Below the pieces are notes generated by a model, which worked only from the letters and a program-made list of their open reading frames with translations, did no database searches and had not been told where the DNA came from. The position numbers and the translations under genes are program-made. DNA of 64,000 nt from Alphaproteobacteria bacterium (GTDB lineage Bacteria > Pseudomonadota > Alphaproteobacteria > SP197), in the NCBI GenBank assembly GCA_964291415.2, contig OZ219918.1:64001-128000 (forward strand), in the 5' to 3' direction. How positions within the stretch are numbered: position 1 is the first letter of the stretch; each line of letters starts with the position of its first letter. This document shows, one piece after another, positions 20,563 to 31,696 of this stretch.

Positions 20563-21689
20563 TTCGCGAAGTAAATCAGTGTCCGCAACACCGGAGTCCC
20601 CGCATGTCGTCCTCTGTCACCTATCGACAGATCACCTTTCGCCTGCTGCCCGAGAAGCGCAGCACCTGGCGGCGGCTGGACGCCATGCTCGACGCGCAGC
20701 GCTGTCTCTACAACGCGGCGCTCGAGGAACGGATCGACTGCTACCGGAAGACCGGGAAGTCACTCACCTACTTCGATCAGGCAAAGTCCCTGACCTTGTG
20801 CCGGAAGGTTCTGCCGGACATGGCTGCGATGCCGGTGGCCATCCAGCGAGGGACGCTCAAGCGCCTCGATCATGCCTTCAAGGGGTTCTTCCAGCGGGTG
20901 AGCCAAGGTGGGGCCGGGTTCCCCCGGTTCCAGGGACGCCGGCATTTCAACAGCCTGTCCGTGGTCTCCGGCGTCAGGGTCGAGGGCAACCGTCTGCGCA
21001 TCCCCGGCCTGGGCTGGCTCACCATTCGCCGCCGGGGCGGCAATCCCTGGCCGCAGGGCACGCCGGTGAGCGCGGTTCTCAAGCGCGAGGAGGGACGCTG
21101 GAAGGCGGTGGTATGCCATGCGGTGTCTCTGCCGGAACCGGACGACAACGGCCATGCCGTCGGCGTGGACATGAATGCGGGCCAGGTGGCGACCTCGGAC
21201 GGGGAGATCCTGCGCCTGGAGAGGAGCCGGCGTCTTGAGGCCCGCGCCCGGCGCTATGCCAGGCAGCTGGCGCGGCAGCGCCGTGGCAGCAGACGCCGGG
21301 AGAAGACGCGGCGGCGTCTGTCGAAGACCACCCGGCGCATGGCGATGAAGCGCCATGACTGGCAGCACCATGTCAGCCGCCGCCTGGCGGATGCGGCCGG
21401 CACGGTGGTGGTCGAGGATCTGAAGGTCCGCAACATGACCCGCAGCGTCAGGGGCACGAAGGAGGAGCCGGGACGCCACGTGCGCTCCAAGGCGTCATCC
21501 TGGAGACGGGCTGGTCGTCGTTCCGGAGAATGCTGGACTACAAGGCGCGCCGCGTCATCGCGGTGAACCCGGCCTGGACCAGCCAGACCTGTGCAGCGTG
21601 CGGCGTCGCAAGCGCCCAATCACGCAGGACGCGGGATCTCTTTCAATGCGTGGCGTGCGGCCATGCGGATCATGCCGACCTTGTATGAC

Positions 21690-21989
21690 CGGGTTTCATT
21701 CCCGTGATCACGTCATCCACAGCGGTTGGGATTGGGAAAGTGTGGACAACTGCGGTTGTGTAGGAGCTGTCCGGTCTATGGTTTCAGAGAGATTCCGCTC
21801 CCCTGCGCGAGGGCGCACAGGGGAGCGGGGTGCGGAGATCTCACGATCCCCGCGGAGGTCGGTCGGAGCCGACCTGGCTTTGTAGAGCCGTCATTGAGCT
21901 TGGTCGGCCGGCCTCCCTTGACGTCCCTCGCGTCCTGAATGGATGCCTGGGCTTGGACCGTATCATCACAAGGCGAGGAGCAAGGGACG
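21690..21989 (+). ncRNA. Bridge RNA of the IS110 element (5' boundary approximate)
   Basis: Target loop closed by 21854-21865/21905-21916 with LTG GCCGACCT (21868-21875) and RTG CATTGAG (21892-21898); donor loop closed by CCTCGC/GCGAGG with LDG ATGGATGC (21939-21946) and RDG ACAAG (21968-21972). Confidence 0.8.
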
Positions 21990-22902
21990 ATGGTTAAGGT
22001 AGTGGCAGGGATCGATGTCGGCAAGGCCAGCCTGGACATCTGCGCGGCGGGCAGACGCGTCGTTTTGCCAACGACGCCACGAGCTGGCGGGCGCTGGGTG
22101 CGTGGCTTCGGGGTCTCGAGGTGAGCCGGGTGGTGATGGAGGCGACGGGCCGCTATCACCGCAGGGTTCACCAGTGTCTTCATGACCGGGGCTTCGAGGT
22201 CATCGTGATCAACCCGTTGCGGGCCCGGCGCTTCGCCGAGGTGATGGGCCATCTGGCCAAGACCGACCGCGTCGACGCGTTGATGCTGGCCAGGCTGGGG
22301 ACGGCGCTGGGCGACGATCTTGAGCCGGTGGCCCCTCAGGAGGCCTTCCTCAACCGCTTGGAGGATCTCCTGGTGGTGCGCGCCAGGCATGTCGATACGC
22401 GGACCATGCTGAGGCAGGTGGCGGGTGAGGTGGACGGCGAGGGCGAGACCCTCACACGGGCCACGATCGCCGATCTCGACGAAAGGATTGCCGCACTGGA
22501 TGCGGCGATCGAAGCGCTGATCGCCGGTGATCCCGAACAGGCCGAGCGGTACAGCATCCTGATCTCGATCCCCGGCGTCGGTCCGGTGACCGCCGCGGCC
22601 CTTCTTTGCTGGATGCCCGAACTCGGCAGTCTCGAGGGTCGCCAGGCGGCAGCGTTGATCGGGGTGGCGCCGGTTGCCGACGACAGCGGCCAGCACCACG
22701 GCGCCCGGCACATTCGCGGCGGGCGCCGCAGGCCACGCGATCTCCTGTTCATGGCCGCGACTTCGGCGTCACGCTACAATCAGGATCTCGCCATCGTGTT
22801 CCAACGCCTCAAGGCCGCCGGCAAGGCCCACAAGGTGGCGATCGTTGCCGTGATGCGCAAACTCATCGCGCTGGCGAACGTCCTGTTGCGGGAACAGCGC
22901 TG
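21990..22902 (+). pseudogene. IS110 recombinase/transposase; 1-nt frameshift near 22055, 3' end disrupted
   Basis: GIDVGK in one frame, then RRFAND...VVMEATG, KTDRVDA, SIPGVG, DDSG, GGR, AVMRKL in another. Confidence 0.88.
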
Positions 22903-22948
22903 CCGCCTGAAGCACCGGCACGCTCACCGGCGTGAAGGAGACTCCCTC

Positions 22949-23245
22949 ATGGCCCTCACGCCTGCAGAGAAGCAGCGCCGTTATCGGGAACGGCTCAAGG
23001 CCGGCATGTCTCCCGTGCGCACCCGCAAGCTCCGTGACCGACGCTCGCGGGCCCAACGCTGGTGCGATGCGGTGGCCGAACTCGGCGCACTGCAGGAGCA
23101 CTATCGGGACTGTCTCGACAGGCTCCCGGACTCGCTGCACGACACAGCCTATGGAGAGCGCCTGCAGATCATCGTCGAGGCCGACATCGAGGCCCTCGAG
23201 GAGATCGAGCCTCCGCGCGGCTACGGACGGACACATGACACATGA
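22949..23245 (+). CDS. Small hypothetical mobile-element-associated protein (basic TPAEKQRRYRER N-terminus)
   Basis: GAAGGAG RBS, 98 aa; in frame with the truncated IS110 gene but unrelated to it. Confidence 0.6.
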   Translation: MALTPAEKQRRYRERLKAGMSPVRTRKLRDRRSRAQRWCDAVAELGALQEHYRDCLDRLPDSLHDTAYGERLQIIVEADIEALEEIEPPRGYGRTHDT

Positions 23246-23488
23246 CACCTGGAGCCCCATTGTGCGCGGTAACGTTCTGACTGTGGTCACAATGCCCGGC
23301 ACCCTCATGCCGGGTAACGTTACCGCAATCAATGGCGAACACCCCACTCATGCTGCCGGGCGAACTCAACGTCTCCCTGGCCACGGGGCGTAGACACCGC
23401 AATGTCGGAACGTCAGACCGCATGGGGACAGACCAGGGAAACATCTTCACGCACGCTCACAAAAACCTTGCACCGAAACATGGATGCT

Positions 23489-23640
23489 CAATGCAGCGGC
23501 GAACATTCTGGCCTCGGGGACTGGGGCATCTGCGCGGGGAGGTTGCCGGGTTGCCGGGCCTGTGAACCGCGAAATCGATCGGAGGATGGCAGCATGACGC
23601 TGTCAACTTCTCGATATAAGTCCCATCGACAACAATCACG
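23489..23640 (+). ncRNA. Putative TnpB omega-RNA (scaffold overlapping the tnpB 3' end and right TIR; guide from the flank)
   Basis: Hairpin GCCTC-GGGGACT-GGGGC (23511-23527) whose loop GGGACT is complementary to the terminal AGTCCC (23619-23624); CGCGG/CCGCG stem; boundaries inferred. Confidence 0.6.
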
Positions 23641-24150
23641 AGTGCTACCACTGCGATGTCAATCACCGCTCGCTGATGGAACTCGTCGACTATGACGGCC
23701 AGGCCGCATGGTCCGATGACGGCATCACCTTCAGCCACAGGATCACCGCCAGGGATCTCGACAACACGGCCTATCGCCTCGAAGCGGCGGACGTTGAACA
23801 GCCCGAAGCCCTCTTCGGCTATATCTGGCCCACCGCAATCCCCCTCATGTACCCGGGCAGCCCCCATCTGGCGATGTTCCAGGTTCTGCCCACCGGCCCC
23901 GAAACCACCCGCGAGAGATGGGACTTCTACTTCACGTCCCGCGAGCCCTCCGAACTCGAGAGGCGGTTCATGGACTACATCCGCACCGTCCTCGTGGTCG
24001 AGGATGTCCGGCTCTGCGAGAACGTCCAGCAGGGTCTCCACTCGCTCGGCTACCACCAGGGACGGTTCGTCGTCGACAGGGATCACCCCGAATTCAGTGA
24101 GCACCACGTGCACTTCTTCCAGTCCATGGTGCGCGACTCGCTGAAGTCCG

Positions 24151-25059
24151 TCACGGCGTGACCGGAACGAGGCGCCCCAGGACAAGTCCGGCAAAGACCA
24201 GGAGGCCAATCCGGTTGTTGGCGGAAAAGGCCCTGTGGCAGGAGGCCGGGTCATCGAGATCGACGGTGACGAGCTGCCTTGCCAGATCGGCGGCGGCGAC
24301 GGCGAGGACCACCAGGAAGGGCCACCCGGTCCCTGTCAGGTAACCGGCCAGGGCTGCCCCGGCAACGAAGACGCCGTAGAAGAGACCGGTGAGGGGTTTC
24401 GAGCTCTCGCCGAAGGCAAGGGCCGTCGACTTCACGCCGACCCGCTCGTCATCCGTCTTGTCCTGGTGGGCATAGATCGTGTCGTAACCGATCGTCCATG
24501 CGATGGCGGCGAGGTAAAGCACCAGGGGTTCCGGTGAGAGCGCGCCCCTGACCGCGACCCAGCCCACCAGGGCCCCCCAGCTGAAGGCGAGGCCGAGAAA
24601 GAGCTGCGGCCAGTAGGTGACGCGTTTCATGAAGGGATAGATGACCACCAGGCCAAGGGAGGCGAGCCCAGTGATGATCGCTGCCTGGTTGAGCTGGAGA
24701 AGCACGATCAATCCTGCGGCAAGCAGCAGGCCAAGGAAGACCAGGGCGCCTGGCAGCGTCACGGCGCCACTGGCGAGGGGACGGTCGCGGGTCCGCTCAA
24801 CCCGGGCGTCGATCCGCCGGTCGACGATGTCGTTGACGATGCAGCCGGCGGACCGCATCACCACGGCTCCGGCGGCGAAGAGGCCAAGGAGCGTCCAGTC
24901 CGGCCATCCAGGCGAAGCCAGGGCAACCGCCCACCAGCAGGGCCACATCAGGAGCCAGAAGCCAGCGGGCCTGTCGACGCGCGCCAGTTGCAGCCACGGT
25001 CGCCACTCGACGGGCGCCCGTGCGTTGACCCACTCCCTGAAGAACGGACGCCGGCTCAT
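24151..25059 (-). CDS. ubiA: 4-hydroxybenzoate octaprenyltransferase
   Basis: RVDRPAG, NDIVDRRID..VERT..RPLASG, YDTIYAHQD. Confidence 0.95.
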   Translation of the reverse strand: MSRRPFFREWVNARAPVEWRPWLQLARVDRPAGFWLLMWPCWWAVALASPGWPDWTLLGLFAAGAVVMRSAGCIVNDIVDRRIDARVERTRDRPLASGAVTLPGALVFLGLLLAAGLIVLLQLNQAAIITGLASLGLVVIYPFMKRVTYWPQLFLGLAFSWGALVGWVAVRGALSPEPLVLYLAAIAWTIGYDTIYAHQDKTDDERVGVKSTALAFGESSKPLTGLFYGVFVAGAALAGYLTGTGWPFLVVLAVAAADLARQLVTVDLDDPASCHRAFSANNRIGLLVFAGLVLGRLVPVTP

Positions 25060-25180
25060 TCAGGCGACTCCCGGGATGGCGCGCGCCGACATTGTCTGCC
25101 GCCAGCCTTCTTTGCAAGGGCCGTGTGCGCGGGATATCGTGCGCGCCGCCATTCGAGGCGCCCAGGGAGCCTTATCGACC

Positions 25181-26542
25181 GTGTCCATACCCTCCGCACA
25201 GAACGCCACGCCGGTCACGTCCCGCAACCAGCTCGTCGAAGTCCTGGAATCGGGATGCAAGCCGCCCGAGGAGTGGCGGGTCGGCACGGAGCACGAGAAG
25301 TTCGCCTACGACGCTGCCACCCGCGCGCCTCTCTCCTACGACGCTCCCAACGGCATCCGCGTCATCCTCGAGGAGTTGCAGCGTTTCGGCTGGCAGCCGC
25401 TCATGGAGGGCGACCATGTCATCGGCTTGAAGAAGGACAACCAGCACGTGTCCCTGGAACCGGGCGGGCAGGTGGAACTCTCCGGCGCGCCGCTGAAGAC
25501 GCTCCATGAATCCTGTCGCGAGGTGAATGCCCACCTTGACCAGTGCCAGGAAGTCGCCGAGGAGCTCGGCATCATCTTCCTCGGCCTTGGGTTGAGACCC
25601 CTCGACCGCCGGCAGGACGTGCCCTGGATGCCCAAGGGCCGTTACCGGATCATGCGGGAATACATGCAGAAGGTCGGGACCATGGGCCTCGACATGATGG
25701 TCGGCACCTGCACCATCCAGGCCAATCTGGATTTCGGCTCCGAGGCGGACATGGTGCGGAAGTTCAGGGTCGCCCAGGCGCTGCAGGCGGTGGCGACCGC
25801 GCTGTTCGCCAACTCGCCCTTCAGCGAGGGACAGCCGAACGGCTACCTGTCGATGCGCGCCCACATCTGGACCGACACCGACAACGACCGCAGCGGCTTG
25901 CTGAAGTTCGTCACCGAGGACGGGTTCGGCTTCGAGCGATACGTCGACTACGCTCTCGATGTGCCGATGTACTTCGTGCTGCGCGACGGGCGCTACATCG
26001 ACGCCTCGGGCCAGTCGTTCCGTGATTTCATGGAGGGCCGCCTGCCCGCCCTGCCAGGCGAAGTCCCGACGGTCTCCGACTGGGAAGATCACCTGACCAC
26101 ACTGTTCCCGGACGTCCGGATCAAGCGGTACATGGAAGTGCGTGGCGCCGATGGCGCCAGCTGGCGGCGCATCTGTGCTCTCCCCGCCCTGTGGACCGGG
26201 CTGCTCTATGTGGATTCGCAACTCGATGCGGCCTGGGAGATGGTGCGGGACTGGACCTGGGAAGAGCAGGTGCAGATGAAGGCCGACGTGCCGCGGCTCG
26301 GGCTGAGGGCACCGTTCAGGTCGGGCACCGTCCAGGATGTCGCCCGCACCATGCTGGAAATCTCCTGCGAGGGTCTCTACCGGCGGCGCTACTACGACGG
26401 CAGCCTCGACGAGGTGCATTTTCTCGATTCGCTGATGGAGATTGCGATGTCGGGAAGAACCCCGGCGGAGGTCCTGCTGGATCGATGGGAGAACGCCTGG
26501 GGCGGCAGTATCGATCCGGTGTTCAGCGAGTTCTCGTTCTGA
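25181..26542 (+). CDS. gshA: Glutamate-cysteine ligase (alphaproteobacterial/plant GCS2 type); GTG start inferred
   Basis: GTEHEKF, SLEPGGQ.ELSG, MPKGRY, FANSPF, HLTTLFP.VR.K, EVRGAD. Confidence 0.93.
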   Translation: MSIPSAQNATPVTSRNQLVEVLESGCKPPEEWRVGTEHEKFAYDAATRAPLSYDAPNGIRVILEELQRFGWQPLMEGDHVIGLKKDNQHVSLEPGGQVELSGAPLKTLHESCREVNAHLDQCQEVAEELGIIFLGLGLRPLDRRQDVPWMPKGRYRIMREYMQKVGTMGLDMMVGTCTIQANLDFGSEADMVRKFRVAQALQAVATALFANSPFSEGQPNGYLSMRAHIWTDTDNDRSGLLKFVTEDGFGFERYVDYALDVPMYFVLRDGRYIDASGQSFRDFMEGRLPALPGEVPTVSDWEDHLTTLFPDVRIKRYMEVRGADGASWRRICALPALWTGLLYVDSQLDAAWEMVRDWTWEEQVQMKADVPRLGLRAPFRSGTVQDVARTMLEISCEGLYRRRYYDGSLDEVHFLDSLMEIAMSGRTPAEVLLDRWENAWGGSIDPVFSEFSF

Positions 26543-26570
26543 TTTTGCCCATGAAGGGAGCGCCACGGCC

Positions 26571-26960
26571 GTGCTGAGACGATTCAATCCCCAGGGTGTT
26601 GCGCCACCCCTGTCGAACTACAGCCACGGAGTCGTGATTCCCGATGGCATGAAGCAACTGCATGTCGCGGGGCAGATCGGCATCACGCCCGACGGCGCCA
26701 TTCCCGATGATGTCGGCGAACAGGCACGCTGGTGCTTTGCGAACATCCTGGCGATCCTCGCGGCGGAAGGCATGACGGCGGACAATCTCGTGTCAATGAC
26801 GACCTATGTTGTCGGCGAGGAGAACCTCGCGCCCGTGCGCCAGGCGCGCCAGCAGGCTCTCGGAGAGGCCGCTCCGGCCTCGACACTGGTGTTCGTCACG
26901 GCCCTGGCCACGCCGGCGCTCAAGGTCGAGGTCCAGGCGATCGCCGCCTCGGTGGTCTGA
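26571..26960 (+). CDS. RidA/YjgF family protein
   Basis: YSHGV, VAGQIG, PASTL, KVEVQAIA; AAGGGAG RBS before GTG. Confidence 0.85.
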   Translation: MLRRFNPQGVAPPLSNYSHGVVIPDGMKQLHVAGQIGITPDGAIPDDVGEQARWCFANILAILAAEGMTADNLVSMTTYVVGEENLAPVRQARQQALGEAAPASTLVFVTALATPALKVEVQAIAASVV

Positions 26961-28388
26961 CTATCCGGCCCGCGTGCCGCCAACGGTGAGGCCTTCGATC
27001 AGCATGGTTGGCTGACCGACGCCGACCGGCACGCTCTGGCCGTTCTTGCCGCACGTCCCGATACCCGGGTCGAGCCGCATGTCGTTGCCAAGCGCCTTGA
27101 CGTGCTTGAGGGCGGACGGTCCGTCGCCGATCAGCGTCGCGCCCTTGACCGAAGGGCCCACCTTGCCGTTTTCGATGAGGTAGGCCTCCGATGCGGTGAA
27201 GACAAAGGTGCCGTTGACGATATCGACCTGCCCGCCGGAAAAATTGACCGCGTAGAGACCGTTGGGAACCGACTCGATGATCTCGTCGGGGTCGATGTCG
27301 CCTGACAGCATGCAGGTGTTGGTCATCCGCGGCATGGGCTGGTGGGCATGGCTTTCGCGCCGTCCGTTGCCGGTTGTCGCCGCGCCCATCAGGTGGGCAT
27401 TCATGCGATCCGTCATGTAGTTCTTCAGGATTCCGTCCTCGATCAGCACCGTCCGTTCGGTGGGCGTGCCCTCGTCATCGATGGTGAGCGAACCTCGTCT
27501 GCCGGCGATTGTCCCGTCGTCGATCACCGTGACTCCCGGGGCAGCCACCCGCTCACCCATGAGACCGGAGAATGCTGACGTCTTCTTGCGGTTGAAGTCG
27601 CCCTCGAGGCCGTGTCCGACAGCCTCGTGCAGCATGACGGCCGGCCAGCCGGGACCGAGGACAACAGGCATCTCGCCGGCCGGAGCATCGACGGATTCGA
27701 GGTTGACGAGGGCGATGCGCAAGGCCTCGTCGGCATGATCCTTCCATTGCTCCCGGCCAATGAACTCGTGATAGGGCAGGCGGCCGCCCGTGCCGTGCGA
27801 GCCGGCTTCCATGCGGTCGCCCGAGCTCACGACGCAGCTGATCCGGACCGAGACCAGGGGGCGGACATCCGTCACCATGTTGCCGTCGGCGCGCAGGATG
27901 GAGACCACCTGCCAGCTTGACATCAGGGCTGCCGTCACCTGGTGGACTCTCTCGTCCCTGGAGCGAAGCCAGGCGTCGATGTCCTCGAGCAGCGTCACCT
28001 TGTCGCCGAAGGGCATCTCCGAGACGGGGTTGTCCTCTCCGTAGAGATGACGGTTGGTGCGCGCCGGCGCGACAGCGACGTCCGCCTGGCGTCCATCGAT
28101 CTCGCGCACAGTCCTGGCGGCACGCTTGAGCGCGGCTTCGGAAAGCTCCGTGGTGTGGGCATAGGCGGTCACATCGTCGACAATGCGCCTCAAGCCCATG
28201 CCCTGGACGACGTCGTAGCCGGCCTGCTTCAGCCGCCCGTCGTCGAACACGAGGGTTTCGGACTGACCGAATTCCATGAAGAGTTCGCCGTCATCGGCGC
28301 CGTTGAGCGCATCGCCGACGATGCCGGTGACCCGGTTTCTCTCCATGCCGCTTCTCTGGAAGAAGAGGTCATCGGCTGACGCATTCAT
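26961..28388 (-). CDS. tldD: Metalloprotease TldD
   Basis: HEAVGHGLEGDFNRK, IDDEG, GNGRRES, PRMTNT, CGK.GQ.VPV. Confidence 0.95.
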   Translation of the reverse strand: MNASADDLFFQRSGMERNRVTGIVGDALNGADDGELFMEFGQSETLVFDDGRLKQAGYDVVQGMGLRRIVDDVTAYAHTTELSEAALKRAARTVREIDGRQADVAVAPARTNRHLYGEDNPVSEMPFGDKVTLLEDIDAWLRSRDERVHQVTAALMSSWQVVSILRADGNMVTDVRPLVSVRISCVVSSGDRMEAGSHGTGGRLPYHEFIGREQWKDHADEALRIALVNLESVDAPAGEMPVVLGPGWPAVMLHEAVGHGLEGDFNRKKTSAFSGLMGERVAAPGVTVIDDGTIAGRRGSLTIDDEGTPTERTVLIEDGILKNYMTDRMNAHLMGAATTGNGRRESHAHQPMPRMTNTCMLSGDIDPDEIIESVPNGLYAVNFSGGQVDIVNGTFVFTASEAYLIENGKVGPSVKGATLIGDGPSALKHVKALGNDMRLDPGIGTCGKNGQSVPVGVGQPTMLIEGLTVGGTRAG

Positions 28389-28589
28389 CCCTGGGGGCCT
28401 CCACCGGAACGCTTCCTTATAGCGACTGCGCCCCGTTTGCGCCAACTGCCGCGCTGACCGATTGATGTTTCCGAGGCCGTGGCCAGGGCATGAACGACAG
28501 CCGCCGCGCCGCCCCGAAGCGGGAACGACGCAGCCACAAGCCCGCCGATACCGGGCGTCGCGTTGAGCGCAGGGCCCGTCCTTGTCGGT

Positions 28590-29054
28590 TCACGCAGCGC
28601 TGGAGTCACCCATGTGGGCAAGGTAGGGATCGTGAAAGTGCCGCACCATGACTTCGGACACTTCCTCGTGCTCCGAATCGATCATGTACCAGCCATGCTC
28701 GAAGCAGCGTTGCGACATGCCCTCGTGCACCGATTCAATGAAGGCCATGTCTTCCGGCTGAAGGACATCCCGGGCCCGGACCGTCCTTTTCTCCTGACGC
28801 GCCAGCATGTCCGGATCGGTCGGCTCGGCCACGTCGAGCTGCACGATCTTGCGCCAGGCCCGGTTCGGGCCGAGCGGGAACCATTGCGACAGGGAGAGAT
28901 TCCCCGGGCCGGCGAACCGGGCCAGACCCATGTTGGGGAACAGGTGCCAGAAGTGCAGATCCTCTCCGGCCAGGGGCTGTTTGACAGGACCCCGCCGGAC
29001 GCCGGCGCATCGCCTTCCGCGAGGCTGGCAAGCGCGGGTGTTGACGTTCTCCAT
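28590..29054 (-). pseudogene. C-terminal fragment of a second Rieske oxygenase alpha subunit
   Basis: HLFPN, QPEDMAFIESVHEGM, SEVMVRHFH; lacks the Rieske domain and the N-terminal iron-ligand His pair. Confidence 0.7.
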
Positions 29055-29184
29055 GACCGATCACACGTCAAGGGAGATTCGGGTCCTGCAGGCTTGTGAA
29101 GCGGATTGCGGGTCGTGTATGGTCCGCCTCGCCCGAACCGGTGGATCGGACCGGTCTGCCTGCGGGGTGAATGTCAGGAGGAGA

Positions 29185-31681
<2,497 letters not shown>

Positions 31682-31696
31682 CGAAGGGGTGAGACC

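Larger units (their letters stand above)
21682..23488 (+). mobile_element. IS110-family (IS621-like) bridge-recombinase element inserted at a CT core
   Basis: CT at both junctions (21680-21681, 23487-23488); excision restores the tnpB frame; 308-nt non-coding left end; DEDD/Ser recombinase gene. Confidence 0.9.
20604..23597 (+). pseudogene. tnpB: RNA-guided endonuclease TnpB; frameshifted near 21493 and interrupted by IS110 (20604-21681 + 23489-23597)
   Basis: LYNAALEER, GFPRF, RuvC-I GVDMN, RuvC-II VVEDL, TSQTCAAC...CVAC zinc finger; RuvC-III HADL-NAAANIL rejoined across the insertion; stop TGA at 23595-23597. Confidence 0.9.
20502..23624 (+). mobile_element. Non-autonomous TIR element with IS1595-like ends carrying tnpB (1316 bp once the nested IS110 is removed)
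   Basis: 8-bp direct repeat ATCGACAA at 20494-20501 and 23625-23632; TIRs GGGGATTACATACGTAACTTGACAG (20502-20526) and 23600-23624, 17/25 identical; no transposase inside. Confidence 0.85.
19903..24161 (+). pseudogene. Rieske ring-hydroxylating oxygenase alpha subunit (carnitine/choline monooxygenase-like), split by insertion: 19903-20501 + 23633-24161
   Basis: CSH...CPYH Rieske motif in the 5' part; removing 20502-23632 restores ANWKTVID-N-NHECYHCDVNH in frame, giving a 375-aa protein ending SEHHVHFFQ...VTA. Confidence 0.92.

Noticed and set aside
22121-23245. 374-aa ORF as a natural IS110-accessory fusion protein
   Set aside because: It lacks the first catalytic Asp because of the frameshift, and the C-terminal part has its own RBS; better explained as a chance in-frame junction.
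20520-23606. Reading tnpB as a standard IS605/IS1341 element bounded by TTGAC and TCAA
   Set aside because: Both motifs are parts of the 25-bp TIRs; only removal at the outer TIR tips plus one 8-bp repeat restores the host gene. Kept as the refuting alternative.
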